Assembly (NCBI GenBank): GCA_937930235.1
Contig: CALGLJ010000008.1
Span: forward strand, 23 to 64,022
Length of the DNA stretch: 64,000 nt
Source of the DNA: an uncultured Verrucomicrobiales bacterium
Lineage (GTDB): Bacteria > Verrucomicrobiota > Verrucomicrobiia > Verrucomicrobiales > Akkermansiaceae
Reading direction: 5' to 3'
The position numbers were made by a program, and so were the translations under genes. Below the pieces are notes generated by a model, which was not told the DNA's origin, made no database searches, and was given only the letters and a program-made list of their open reading frames with translations. Shown one piece after another: positions 50,001-56,430 of the stretch. The first letter of the stretch is position 1. Every line of letters starts with the position of its first letter.

Positions 50001-50393
50001 CCCGCCTCCCAAAATGGTGGAAATGACAGTCTCAACAGTCCTGGCCTCCCCAACCTTCTTGCCTACGCCACCGGAGTAGACCCCCGCCGCATCCAAATCG
50101 CCGATCAACCCGCGTCGCCGCCGCAAGCGTCTCTTAGTGCGAGCCGAAACTCTCTTCTCTTCACGGCCCCCACTGTTGGGCGAGCCGATCTTATCTATGA
50201 AGTTGTTGCCTCCAATGACCTCTTTCGCACCGAGTCTGTTATCGCTCGGCGCACCGGAAGGGGCTCCTGGACAGGCTCGGCCAGCATCGAGATCTTGGAA
50301 ACCCGCGGAGGCTTGGATGTATTGAGGGTCGCAGGAGAGGCTCTGAACTCTGATAGTCCATCATTTATCCGCCTACGGATTCAGAGGCAGTGA
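41022..50393 (+). CDS. Giant (3,123-aa) secreted/cell-surface multidomain protein
   Basis: Uninterrupted ORF with signal peptide MSHRLILACSLVFFASSLWGQE. Approximate map by eye:
- 41.1-42.4 kb: three [SRE-motif + FN3-like] units
- 42.4-43.7 kb: FN3/Ig-like domains
- 43.77-44.69 kb: four Calx-beta-like domains
- 44.69-45.04 kb: CARDB (PDLVVSQVSI..)
- 46.05-46.26 kb: CarboxypepD_reg-like (CRVRLCDV..)
- 46.60-47.05 kb: Gly10 run plus Cys-rich hydrophobic segment
- 47.05-47.6 kb: helical region
- 47.6-48.4 kb: CARDB-like domains
- 48.79-49.07 kb: FN3
- 49.08-49.93 kb: four cadherin-like Ig domains
- 49.93-50.39 kb: C-terminal module. Confidence 0.9.
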   Translation: MSHRLILACSLVFFASSLWGQELLLREVVSREYSLSIGSDSSDRHVTSREFSLAVRSGRAEGEVTSRELVLAVADDAPPPALTDFGIEVSPTGSEVSLDWSGYGAPQYRDIGQFWIYLSDDGPITSLVDLTPVLTTDGETFSATLTGLSEFRDHFLAIVPVDSAGNFDPAVNYGAAYVISPEIISRELSLFIGREPISPYREVISREYDLAISPSEPPSALTDLMVSVSSLGDIASLDWSGYNQGVEGPIERFDIYLSDDGPITDVTGLTPLRSLPGMSLRVELSGLSQNRDHFFAVVPVNAAGAFQSVVNYAAAYVLSPEIVSRELSLFVGETSDLTQDVSIVSREYDILVPDSSIPAPVTGGASEFLVTTSRTAFGAVDLDFSDYNELEQLDVVRYDVYVQDRFFDTVTGLTPFAQLPLGDQKPILAGLPGGAIRHIAVVAVDALGGFDPTVRSFSAQASISGLGEVTDLAGSATGTTLSFFWIAPEDAVEFLQGFEVQLGDADPVRLPVATTSYDVTGLTPATGYPFRVSTVDIFGNVSGGTSLNASTLLPNPTGVFLIQSGGDALLQWQPTQPEGLVAFYEVYRTPAAFTDISGLQPLGVSLGTEFNVGPIAALSDAHFAVVAVNALGAKDLTVVSISSDKQAQTITFADLSLGASPLSLNAIASSGLPVIFSVNPRVGRLTDSGNAVEILRGGLLEVTATQPGDARFWAAPPVTRILRVAPLIRSFAVNGVEITPTTEIGLRSETLSVVADDVDGIREAEFFLRPFGNGVFTSLGSDLIPGDGLSTTFLTAPFAPGRYDLQVTVTTFGDVTNSTTRSVSLVRKVPLRPVIESPASGLLTRSQMLTVTGTAEPGAQVQLFSNGTLLTTVAASEAGAFSGTISLQAGTNDLSARALNDAGDSQASDPVSVTLESALSLAVMPTSATEGTTISLIVSRNHGSGRLQVRLRDVVAGQVTLPTSVILPDGETSVSVLVPVIDDQVAEATSGLRLSATAPGYRSATATLLIEDDDQPTLTLTANREVIAEGAELGQLRFTLTRTPVTATPFVVQLSSSAPATLKIPTQIQFGPFAGSTSFLAELPNNEEQNEDTLVRIGARILDVSSGELVSEAMETAVLVTDDDGATLRLSFDQQAVPEGGVISGKVNRSGPTTASLTVQLAYTPSGRLSGPASVTIPADQREVGFSIEGLPDNILENQESIVVRAQASEFSPVERSLVVNDLPFPDLVVSQVSIDAPVLTQALTNYRYRLANRGVTRTPRAFETRVYLSRDALLDVDDVLLEAYEYPDRLAPGQEVERSDSFNTPSEVGDYFILVVVDQANGVIEVIEDNNLRASARFENQPAYTASVSTEVEVAPTNSEIPFTGMATNFDGSPAAEKLVHIAINTEDTERTLETLTDAQGRFSTIFQPLRGEGGTYGVAALHPGQQEIAVQDSFTLLGVSTEPRQLALSVTRGGSATMDSFTVSNLANIPLNEITFELLDAPAGLIFEGSLRNLTELDGDSMAEADLTVEASMIAPDLYEGQMRICSVEGAKQDVPIVITVRDPSSRLLYEGEPIDRGMLRGDSSFVNLPIRNQGGAHSGPISILIPSEFPWLTAATVMPAPSLAPGERAELTLQLTPPADLAFGEYTGSIVLETGSSRVSVPFALRPISDRLGSFTVLAEDEFTYYAEGRPPLAGCRVRLCDVFSREIVAESTTGADGLLTFDEVVEGYYVLKASAEDHANFERTIFIQPGTNNRENIFLQRQTVRYTWNVVPTRVRDRYRIVLETEFETNVPAPVVTIEPAFVDLDELTEETTQIDFTITNHGLIRADDVSLGFGSNSDWRISALTEDLGDLEAKSSRVVPVVFQRLGERARNARNCSGSISGRLQWFYECGEYSLSGSVGISLAANDRPGQNCGGGRVTPVGGGGGGGGGGNFNPVASSSGGSCDPCVARAILDCGIGFIPVVGCGYAAGTTALTCADQGASRDCLIDTAQTGFGCVCDAFDLASLGLSGGVCGALNCFVDLLQCAFPQDMRSRSYDAVLADFQRAGRRVEAMMEFELTLVGDPAWRPIFEEEGTSEFMELFRRDIAGETEAAIQITTAERAALLSTMTGQNHPQLVESLIERWHRSLDYWERGYVSIEDIPTGESRDFIEPLLLAEAGTRIVAAYDEARAMGFEDPVEAFGASLQDMFDFLSSGDGVCARVRLQIEQEAVLTRDAFAASLNLDNSGVEPLTNVQVEVRVLNDNGEDSTDLFGIAGPEISGLNSGVVAAGSAADWAWTIIPGREAAPEQVEIYFVEGVISYVLGGIPVEIPLAPQRIRVLPNPSLKIKYFHERDVFSDDPFTDVIEPSIPFTLGVMVENTGGGIARDLSITSGQPEIIENEKGLLIDFEIIGSEVDGRSFTPSLEADFGQLVPGEIKIGRWLMTSSLHGHFRSFSAQFEHLDGLGNESLSLIESVEIHEMVRQVEVTGAKADGKPDFLTNDVADILKLPDTIHLSDGSTATVAVSTEATVGTPTETNLTIQIQNTGLGSGFGYLRIDDPADGRFRLLSCRRSDGQEIPLSSNVWVTDRTFIGFGLRPVRENKLHLFDCDSSGTYTLTYGVGPAVDTEAPTSRVTALPSSSSPLVTVRWTGTDTGDGIASYDVFVSENGGAFSPWLTGVTQTEALYRGTSGASYQFYSQAIDRQGNQEPAKNTAEAMTLIDQENQVPVLNLPAVVRVAEGSTLIYQIQANDLDGPTSDLRFEVTSANPGIIIDRTTGRLRFRPGEADGGTTIPVNVIVSDGSAIPATAQGTFSIQVEEINAAPVLANPGSYQLDIGQPLALTLAAEDGDLPAQQLSYSIISGAPTGMNLQPTSGLLTWTPTAVDEKKSYQITVEVSDNQSPPAVARRTLFLEVLEDPGTPPEFDAFPVLSWMSGSAQSATLSASDPEGQPVTLSADLSALPGGWKIFDGPLDSGRGTLEWSLLGVPPGTYELPVTASTSRQSVSRNLTIEVLVRPAFDSFESWLAAYSVPASQNGGNDSLNSPGLPNLLAYATGVDPRRIQIADQPASPPQASLSASRNSLLFTAPTVGRADLIYEVVASNDLFRTESVIARRTGRGSWTGSASIEILETRGGLDVLRVAGEALNSDSPSFIRLRIQRQ
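46740..46769 (+). repeat. In-frame (GGAGGC)n microsatellite encoding Gly10 within the giant gene
   Basis: gga ggc gga ggc gga ggc gga ggc gga ggg. Coordinates were cross-checked against the antisense poly-Pro ORF 46637..46888. Confidence 0.9.
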
Positions 50394-50621
50394 TGTTCAT
50401 CTCGCAGGAGCGAGTGTGCAGCGCTAGGATTTGTAGGATGAAATTATTTCGACAATGAAATATTATAAATTTTTATGTTAGAGGCCGTAAGAAATAGAAT
50501 AAAAAGTCAATGGTTTTAATGGAGGTAAAGTCCGTTGTGAGAAATCCGGGTAAGCGAGAATTTTCTTTCCAAAACAGGTGAATATGTGCGTAGGAAAGGT
50601 CGTCATATCGACGATAATATT

Positions 50622-51242
50622 ATGAAAGCTACTGCTAAAATCTCACTCATTTTTCTTTCCTGCTCATTTCTCGCAATGGTCTCTTCTTGCGATAAGGCTG
50701 AAAAAGCAGCCGAAAAAGCGAAAGAACAAACCTCGGAGATGAAAGACTCAGCTGCAGATGCTGCCAAAAGCGCAGTTTCTAATACTAAAGATGCTGCATC
50801 CGATGCGGCTAAGTCTGTTGCCGATGGCTCCTCCTCGATGAAAGACGCAGTCAAAAATACCGCTTCTCAAGCAACTCAAAACGTTAAGGAAGTTGCCACA
50901 AACGTTACCGAAGACGTCAAAAAGAAAGCCATGGAATCAGTCGATGCGGCGAAGTCTAAGGCCACCGATGCTGTCGACGCCGTAAAGTCCAAGGCCACTG
51001 ACGCTGTTGATGCGGCGAAGTCTAAAGCGACCGACGCTGTCGAAGGCGCTAAGTCCAAGGCCACTGATGCCGTCGATGCTGCTAAGTCCAAGGCGACCGA
51101 TGCTGTCGAAGGCGCTAAGTCTAAGGCGACCGACGCTGTCGACGCTGCTAAGTCTAAAGCCACTGATGCTGTCAAAAAAGCAACGGCTGGTGCTACTGAT
51201 GAAGCTAACAACGCTCTCAAAAAGCTGACTCCTGGACAATAA
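50622..51242 (+). CDS. Lipoprotein composed of 11-residue amphipathic repeats (LEA-/apolipoprotein-like)
   Basis: MKATAKISLIFLSCSFLAMVSSC has a V-S-S-C lipobox. The remainder is Ala/Lys/Asp/Ser/Thr-rich, with seven near-identical VDAAKSKATDA units. ATG at 50622 (the track uses GTG at 50586). Confidence 0.75.
   Translation: MKATAKISLIFLSCSFLAMVSSCDKAEKAAEKAKEQTSEMKDSAADAAKSAVSNTKDAASDAAKSVADGSSSMKDAVKNTASQATQNVKEVATNVTEDVKKKAMESVDAAKSKATDAVDAVKSKATDAVDAAKSKATDAVEGAKSKATDAVDAAKSKATDAVEGAKSKATDAVDAAKSKATDAVKKATAGATDEANNALKKLTPGQ
50940..51170 (+). repeat. Seven tandem 33-bp coding repeats (11-aa unit V[DE][AG][AV]KSKATDA)
   Basis: Residues 119-195 of the track ORF. The units differ mainly at synonymous third positions (aag tct aag gcc acc gat / aag tcc aag gcc act gac / aag tct aaa gcg acc gac). 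Confidence 0.9.
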
Positions 51243-51270
51243 TTTCAACATTTCCCTGCCTGCAAGATCG

Positions 51271-51311
51271 TCCCCATGGCCTTCCCCCCGGAGGTCATGG
51301 GGATTTTTTTT
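51271..51311 (+). terminator. Rho-independent terminator after the repeat lipoprotein gene
   Basis: TCCCCATGGCCTTC-CCCCC-GGAGGTCATGGGGA forms a ~14-bp stem with two G-U pairs, followed by a T8 run. Confidence 0.75.
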
Positions 51312-51456
51312 ACACGCTTTCCTACCCAAGCGGCATTATTAAAGGGGTAGATCTTCAAAAGAAGCCCGCTCTTTAGAGCTTTGACAGAAAAAACCTGCCA
51401 TCTTTTACCCAAATCGCCCTCTTGAAAATTGGGCCTTTTTCATCTCCTATCCTCAC

Positions 51457-54400
51457 ATGCGCAACCTATTCCTCAGTCTGATCTTAGCACTGCCCCTGCT
51501 CGGTGCTGATCAGATCTACGACGCCTTTGAGTCCGACGGTTTTGGAGAATGGCAGCTCGAAGGTAACGCATTTGGAAAAGCCCCCGTTTCCGCAAGCCCT
51601 CAGGCCCTCAATGGGATCGTTAAAAATTACTCCAACGACTACTACGTCACTTCCTCTCATGGAGGGGATCGTTCCATGGGACAATTGACTTCCCCTGAAT
51701 TTGTCATTCAGAAACCCTATATTACTTTTCTTATTTCCGGAGGCTCAGACCAGGGAGAAACTGCAGTGCAACTCCTCATCGGAGATGAAATCGTAGCAGA
51801 ATCCACCGGCCGCCGTGACCTCGTGATGCGCCCCGCTCTCTGGCCCGTAGAGCAATTCAAAGGACAAAAAGCCCGCATTCGTATCATCGATCAATCCGAG
51901 GGGATCTGGGGTATTATCAATGCCGACCACTTCCTCTTCTCTGATCGACCGAACCCCAAGTTCCCGCTCACAACTCAAAAAGGTATTCCCCACGAAAAAG
52001 GCTTAGTTTCGGTAAAGGAGATTCCTGGCCTGACCATTCCCGAGGGCTCTGACTTAGCGATCTTTGCCAATCACCAAGAGCATGGGCTCCACTCACCCAC
52101 CGCTCTCACGGTAGACCCTCAAGGCCGTGTCTATGCCGTCGAAACTCATCGCTTCCGGGCGGGAGTCGAAGACAACCGAGACCACCTCTACTGGCTGCAC
52201 GATGACCTCGCCGCCCAAACCACCGATGACCGCCTTCAATTACATGAAAAATGGGCGCGTCGAAAACCCATCACTGATCTTACCGCCAATGAGGAAAAAA
52301 TTCGGCTCCTCATTGACACCGATGGTGATGGCAAAGCGGATAAAACCCACATCTTCGCCTCCGGATTCAATGACATCCTCGATGGCACCGCTGCCGGTAT
52401 CATGGCCCTAGAAGGTGTCATTTATTTCGCCTGTATCCCTAACATCTACACTCTTGAAGATGAGGATGGCGACCTGGTCTCCGATACTCAAACCATCTTA
52501 CAAGACGGCTTCGGCGTGCGCGTTTCCTTCTCAGGTCACGATCTCAATGGCTTCACCCTTGGGCCTGATGGACGTATCTACTGCACCATTGGAGACCGCG
52601 GCTTCAGTTTCACCACCAAAGAAAATCGCACCTATCGCTATCCCAATCAGGGTGCCATCCTCCGCTTTGATCCTGATGGCAGTAACTTCCAGGTCGTCCA
52701 CACCGGACTACGAAATCCCAAGGAAATCGCCTTTGATAAATACGGAACGGCCATCACCATCGACAACAATTCCGACCAGGGGGACCGAGCTCGCGTCGTC
52801 TTCATGATGGAAGGCGGCGATTCAGGATGGCGCATGGGGCACCAAGTCCTCCATTCATTTCATAAAACCGTCGGCATTCCCGAACGCCCGATCAACGCAT
52901 GGATGGCAGAGAAAATGTGGCAACCGCAGAACGATGCCCAGCCCGCCTATATCGTCCCCCCGATTGCCAATCTCACCTCCGGTCCCTCCGGACTCGCATA
53001 TTACCCTGGCACGGGATATGATAAAAAATCTAAAGATCAATTTCTCATCTGCGACTACCGGGGAAGCGCCCCCTCATCTGGTATTTGGCATTTTGGAATC
53101 AAGCCACAAGGAGCAGGTTTCGCTCTCAGCGAATACGGGAAATTTAATTGGGGAATCACCGCCACCGATCTTGAGTGGGGCTACGATGGTCGCATTTACA
53201 TCTCAGACTTTATCAAAGGCTGGACCACTCATGAGGGTGGCCGCATTTATTCTCTCGGAACCCCAAACCTCGCTCAAGATGTACTCGTTATCTCGACTCA
53301 GGAGCTCATTCAAAAAGACTTTACCACCATCGCAGAAGAAGAACTCGCCGATCTTCTCCGACACCCAGACCAGCGCATCCGCCTCCGCGCTCAAATGCAC
53401 CTCGCTCAAAAACCACAGGCCCTCGCATTCTTCACCGCCTCCGCAAATCAAAAGCTCAACGAAATCGAGCGTCTGCACGGCATCTGGGGACTAGGCATCC
53501 TCGCTCGGAAAAACCAGAGCCGACCTGCCATGAATTTCCTTGGCAGCCTTCTCGAAGATCCGAACCCGCGCATTCGCGCCCAAGCGGTCAAAGCTCTTGG
53601 CGATAGCTTCGTTCCCGACTCCCTCCCGCTCTTGCACCTGCTCCTAGACCCTGACCCACGTGTCCAGGCTCTCACCGCCCTCGCATTTTCCAAACATCCA
53701 CATCCAGAAGTCTACGACCAACTCATCCCCCTCATTGAAGAGAACAATGACCAAGACCCCTTCCTCCGCCATGCCACCAGCCTTTGCCTCGCGGCAAACG
53801 TAGATCAAGCAGGCCTCGCTGGACACCGGAACCATTCATCCGCCTCCGTTCGTCTCGCCGCCGTGATCGCGCTCCGCCGTTTTCACAGCCCTCTATTAGC
53901 ACAGTTTCTCGTCGATGATGACCCCCGTGTCGCCGATGAAGCAATCCGAGCCATACATGACCTTTCCATCGAACGAGCTCGCCCCGCGATTGCCGCACTT
54001 CTGGATAACTACGAAACCGCAAAGAACTCAGGGCGCAAAGTCTCCCCCATGATCATGCGGCGTCTTATTCATAGCGCCTTCCGTCTCGGGGAAGAAAAAA
54101 ATGTCGCCCGCCTGGTCAGAGTTGCCGCCAACTCCACGATCGGCATTTCTGAGCGCCTCGAAGCCCTCCGTCTCCTCTCTCTCTGGACAAAGCCTCCACG
54201 TGTCGACCCCTCCATTGGAAACTTCGCCCCTCTGAGCGAACGCGAGATCACCAAATTCAAGGCTGATCTTCTCAAGTATATCAACCTCCTCTTCACTACG
54301 GACTCCCTCGTACTTGGAAAAACAATCGCTCTCGCCTCTCAGTATGGGCTTACCCTAGATACCCTCGACACCGGCACGCTCACTCGCCTCGTTCGAGATC

Positions 54401-55932
54401 AGAAAAGTGATGCCTTTACCCGCACCGAGGCCCTCAAGCTTCTCATGAAAACTTCGCCAGAAAATCCCGATGTCATTCTGACCGAAGCCGTGCAATCCGA
54501 CCAAGACCTCCTGGCAAACACCGCTCTTACCCTCGCGGCTGAGCATAATCCTGAAGCTAACATTACCGCCTTTAAGCGAGCTCTTGAATCGGAAAACCAC
54601 ACCCGCCGTCAAACCGCTTGGAAAATTGTTGGCGGCCTTTCTACCGAACATGCAGTGCCTCTCATTCGAGAAGGCCTCGATCAGCTTAAACGAGGGCAGG
54701 GAGACGAGGAATGCATGCTCGAAATCATCGAAGCGGCCCGTTCACGTAATGAGCCCCTCATCGATTTTGCCCTCACTTCATACGAAGCCGTCGCTATTCA
54801 GGGTGACCCACTCTATAAATGGCGCCCGGCTCTTGCTGGAGGAGACCCCAAAAACGGAAAGAAACTTTTCCAATCTCATGGCTCCGCGCAATGCATGCGC
54901 TGCCATCGGGTCAGCCAAGGTCACTCTGAAGGGGGAGAAGCGGGCCCGAATCTGATGGGCGTTGGTCTCCGCCAAGACGCATACACCCTTCTCGAATCAC
55001 TCATGAATCCGAGTGCGAAAATCGCCCCCAGATTCGGAATCGCTCAAGCAACTCTTAAGAATGGCCTCACCCAAAGTGGCCTCGTCATGGATGATGCGGA
55101 CACTCATATTGACCTCAAAAAAGGTGAAACGATCTGGAGAATTGATAAATCACTCCTGAAAGCTCCTGTCACCCAAACTTCAGGAATGCCCTCGATGGCA
55201 GGCATCTTGAAAATTTCAGAAGCGCGTGATATTGTTGCCTGGCTCTTGACTCTGACCAAAGAATCAGGTGAAACACAGAGTGTTTATGAGACCGTCCCAC
55301 TGACTCTCTCACTCAAAGCTAAGCCTGAGCCTAAACCGAAACCAGAAACCCGCAAAAAACCCATGTCAGAAAATACCGCCATCGATCCCGCCATCATGCA
55401 AGCCGGTAAAAAAGTCTATGACACCACCTGCATCGCCTGTCATCAAGCCGAAGGGAAGGGCATGGCCAATGTATTTCCTCCCGTTGCAAATTCTGAATGG
55501 GTCAATGGCCCTGCTGAAAACCTAATCAAAATCCAATTGCGTGGACTTCAAGGCCCCATCAAGGTTGCTGGAAATGATTATAATGGAGCCATGCCTCCCC
55601 AGGCAATGCAAAGCGATGAAACGATTGCCTCCGTTCTGACTTACATTCGAAATTCCTTCGGTAACTCTGCTCCAGCAGTCACTCCCGAAATGGTCGCTGC
55701 ACACCGTGATGAAGTTGGTAAACCAATGATCACGGTCGCCGAGCTCCTACCTCCAATTCCCTCCGGACCAGAGAAAACGGGGGAAACAGAAGAAGTCGGA
55801 ACCATTTTACCCCTTCCGGCCATGAGTATTCAATCGACCCTCGGAGCTTCCGTCTGGGGCCTCACTGCTACCCTCATCATCGGAGCTCTTTGCGTCTTCG
55901 GCCTCGTGAGAATGAAACTCTCCAGTGACTAA
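51457..55932 (+). CDS. PVC-type 'membrane-bound dehydrogenase domain' / HEAT-repeat / dual cytochrome c protein (1,491 aa)
   Basis: Signal peptide. An N-terminal jelly-roll-like module (FESDGFGEWQLEGNAFGKAP..IINADHFLFSD) and a beta-propeller-like region. HEAT repeats (DPNPRIRAQAVKALG, DPDPRVQALTALA, SASVRLAAVIALR). Two heme motifs, CMRCH and CIACH. C-terminal TM helix VWGLTATLIIGALCVFGLV. Confidence 0.85.
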   Translation: MRNLFLSLILALPLLGADQIYDAFESDGFGEWQLEGNAFGKAPVSASPQALNGIVKNYSNDYYVTSSHGGDRSMGQLTSPEFVIQKPYITFLISGGSDQGETAVQLLIGDEIVAESTGRRDLVMRPALWPVEQFKGQKARIRIIDQSEGIWGIINADHFLFSDRPNPKFPLTTQKGIPHEKGLVSVKEIPGLTIPEGSDLAIFANHQEHGLHSPTALTVDPQGRVYAVETHRFRAGVEDNRDHLYWLHDDLAAQTTDDRLQLHEKWARRKPITDLTANEEKIRLLIDTDGDGKADKTHIFASGFNDILDGTAAGIMALEGVIYFACIPNIYTLEDEDGDLVSDTQTILQDGFGVRVSFSGHDLNGFTLGPDGRIYCTIGDRGFSFTTKENRTYRYPNQGAILRFDPDGSNFQVVHTGLRNPKEIAFDKYGTAITIDNNSDQGDRARVVFMMEGGDSGWRMGHQVLHSFHKTVGIPERPINAWMAEKMWQPQNDAQPAYIVPPIANLTSGPSGLAYYPGTGYDKKSKDQFLICDYRGSAPSSGIWHFGIKPQGAGFALSEYGKFNWGITATDLEWGYDGRIYISDFIKGWTTHEGGRIYSLGTPNLAQDVLVISTQELIQKDFTTIAEEELADLLRHPDQRIRLRAQMHLAQKPQALAFFTASANQKLNEIERLHGIWGLGILARKNQSRPAMNFLGSLLEDPNPRIRAQAVKALGDSFVPDSLPLLHLLLDPDPRVQALTALAFSKHPHPEVYDQLIPLIEENNDQDPFLRHATSLCLAANVDQAGLAGHRNHSSASVRLAAVIALRRFHSPLLAQFLVDDDPRVADEAIRAIHDLSIERARPAIAALLDNYETAKNSGRKVSPMIMRRLIHSAFRLGEEKNVARLVRVAANSTIGISERLEALRLLSLWTKPPRVDPSIGNFAPLSEREITKFKADLLKYINLLFTTDSLVLGKTIALASQYGLTLDTLDTGTLTRLVRDQKSDAFTRTEALKLLMKTSPENPDVILTEAVQSDQDLLANTALTLAAEHNPEANITAFKRALESENHTRRQTAWKIVGGLSTEHAVPLIREGLDQLKRGQGDEECMLEIIEAARSRNEPLIDFALTSYEAVAIQGDPLYKWRPALAGGDPKNGKKLFQSHGSAQCMRCHRVSQGHSEGGEAGPNLMGVGLRQDAYTLLESLMNPSAKIAPRFGIAQATLKNGLTQSGLVMDDADTHIDLKKGETIWRIDKSLLKAPVTQTSGMPSMAGILKISEARDIVAWLLTLTKESGETQSVYETVPLTLSLKAKPEPKPKPETRKKPMSENTAIDPAIMQAGKKVYDTTCIACHQAEGKGMANVFPPVANSEWVNGPAENLIKIQLRGLQGPIKVAGNDYNGAMPPQAMQSDETIASVLTYIRNSFGNSAPAVTPEMVAAHRDEVGKPMITVAELLPPIPSGPEKTGETEEVGTILPLPAMSIQSTLGASVWGLTATLIIGALCVFGLVRMKLSSD

Positions 55933-56073
55933 GGCAAAATCACTTTCCCGTCTTTCCTTTCCTGCCCCCTCGGATCAAACTCTACATGATGTGATTCGTA
56001 GGTTTTCTTTTGTCATCTCCGATGATCTGGCAACCGTCACGGAAAAATGACGGTGTAAATCAGAGGGTGAATT

Positions 56074-56097
56074 TTATGAAATTTTCAAATTTCATAA
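56074..56097. promoter_or_regulatory. Perfect inverted repeat TTATGAAATTT-TC-AAATTTCATAA in the AT-rich leader (candidate operator)
   Basis: 11-bp arms with a 2-bp spacer, seen directly. Hand-indexed, so coordinates may be off by 1 nt. About 335 nt upstream of the 56431 start. Confidence 0.3.
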
Positions 56098-56430
56098 GGG
56101 TTGGTCTTATTTCGACCGATATTTTTTTAATATCTGCGTAATACCAAACTTAACCACTCATTTTACCTTTATATTCAGGCGCGGAATTAATTCTGAAATC
56201 CATAACCCTTTAATAATCAAATGAAATGGGCGATATCGTTTGAATGAATTTAATAAAAATCCGCCGAGTTCATAAAAAGAAACTATAGCAAAAAGCTCTT
56301 TTCTTGCATGCATTAATCAGATAGATTATCCTGACTAATAATTTCTTGCGCTTTTACAGGGACGGCGCACCTTACGGGCTGACAGCGACACTAATTATAG
56401 TGTTCGCTGGCGACACCAAACAACGATTCT

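Noticed and set aside
50940-51170. Tandem 33-bp repeats considered as a possible CRISPR-like array
   Set aside because: The units are contiguous with no spacers and in frame within a lipoprotein gene. They encode a conserved 11-aa peptide, and no cas genes are present.
56076-56141. 21-codon hydrophobic mini-ORF (MKFSNFIRVGLISTDIFLISA) starting inside the leader palindrome, considered as a type I toxin-like peptide
   Set aside because: There is no ribosome-binding context or partner antisense RNA that I can support. In AT-rich DNA such short ORFs arise easily by chance.
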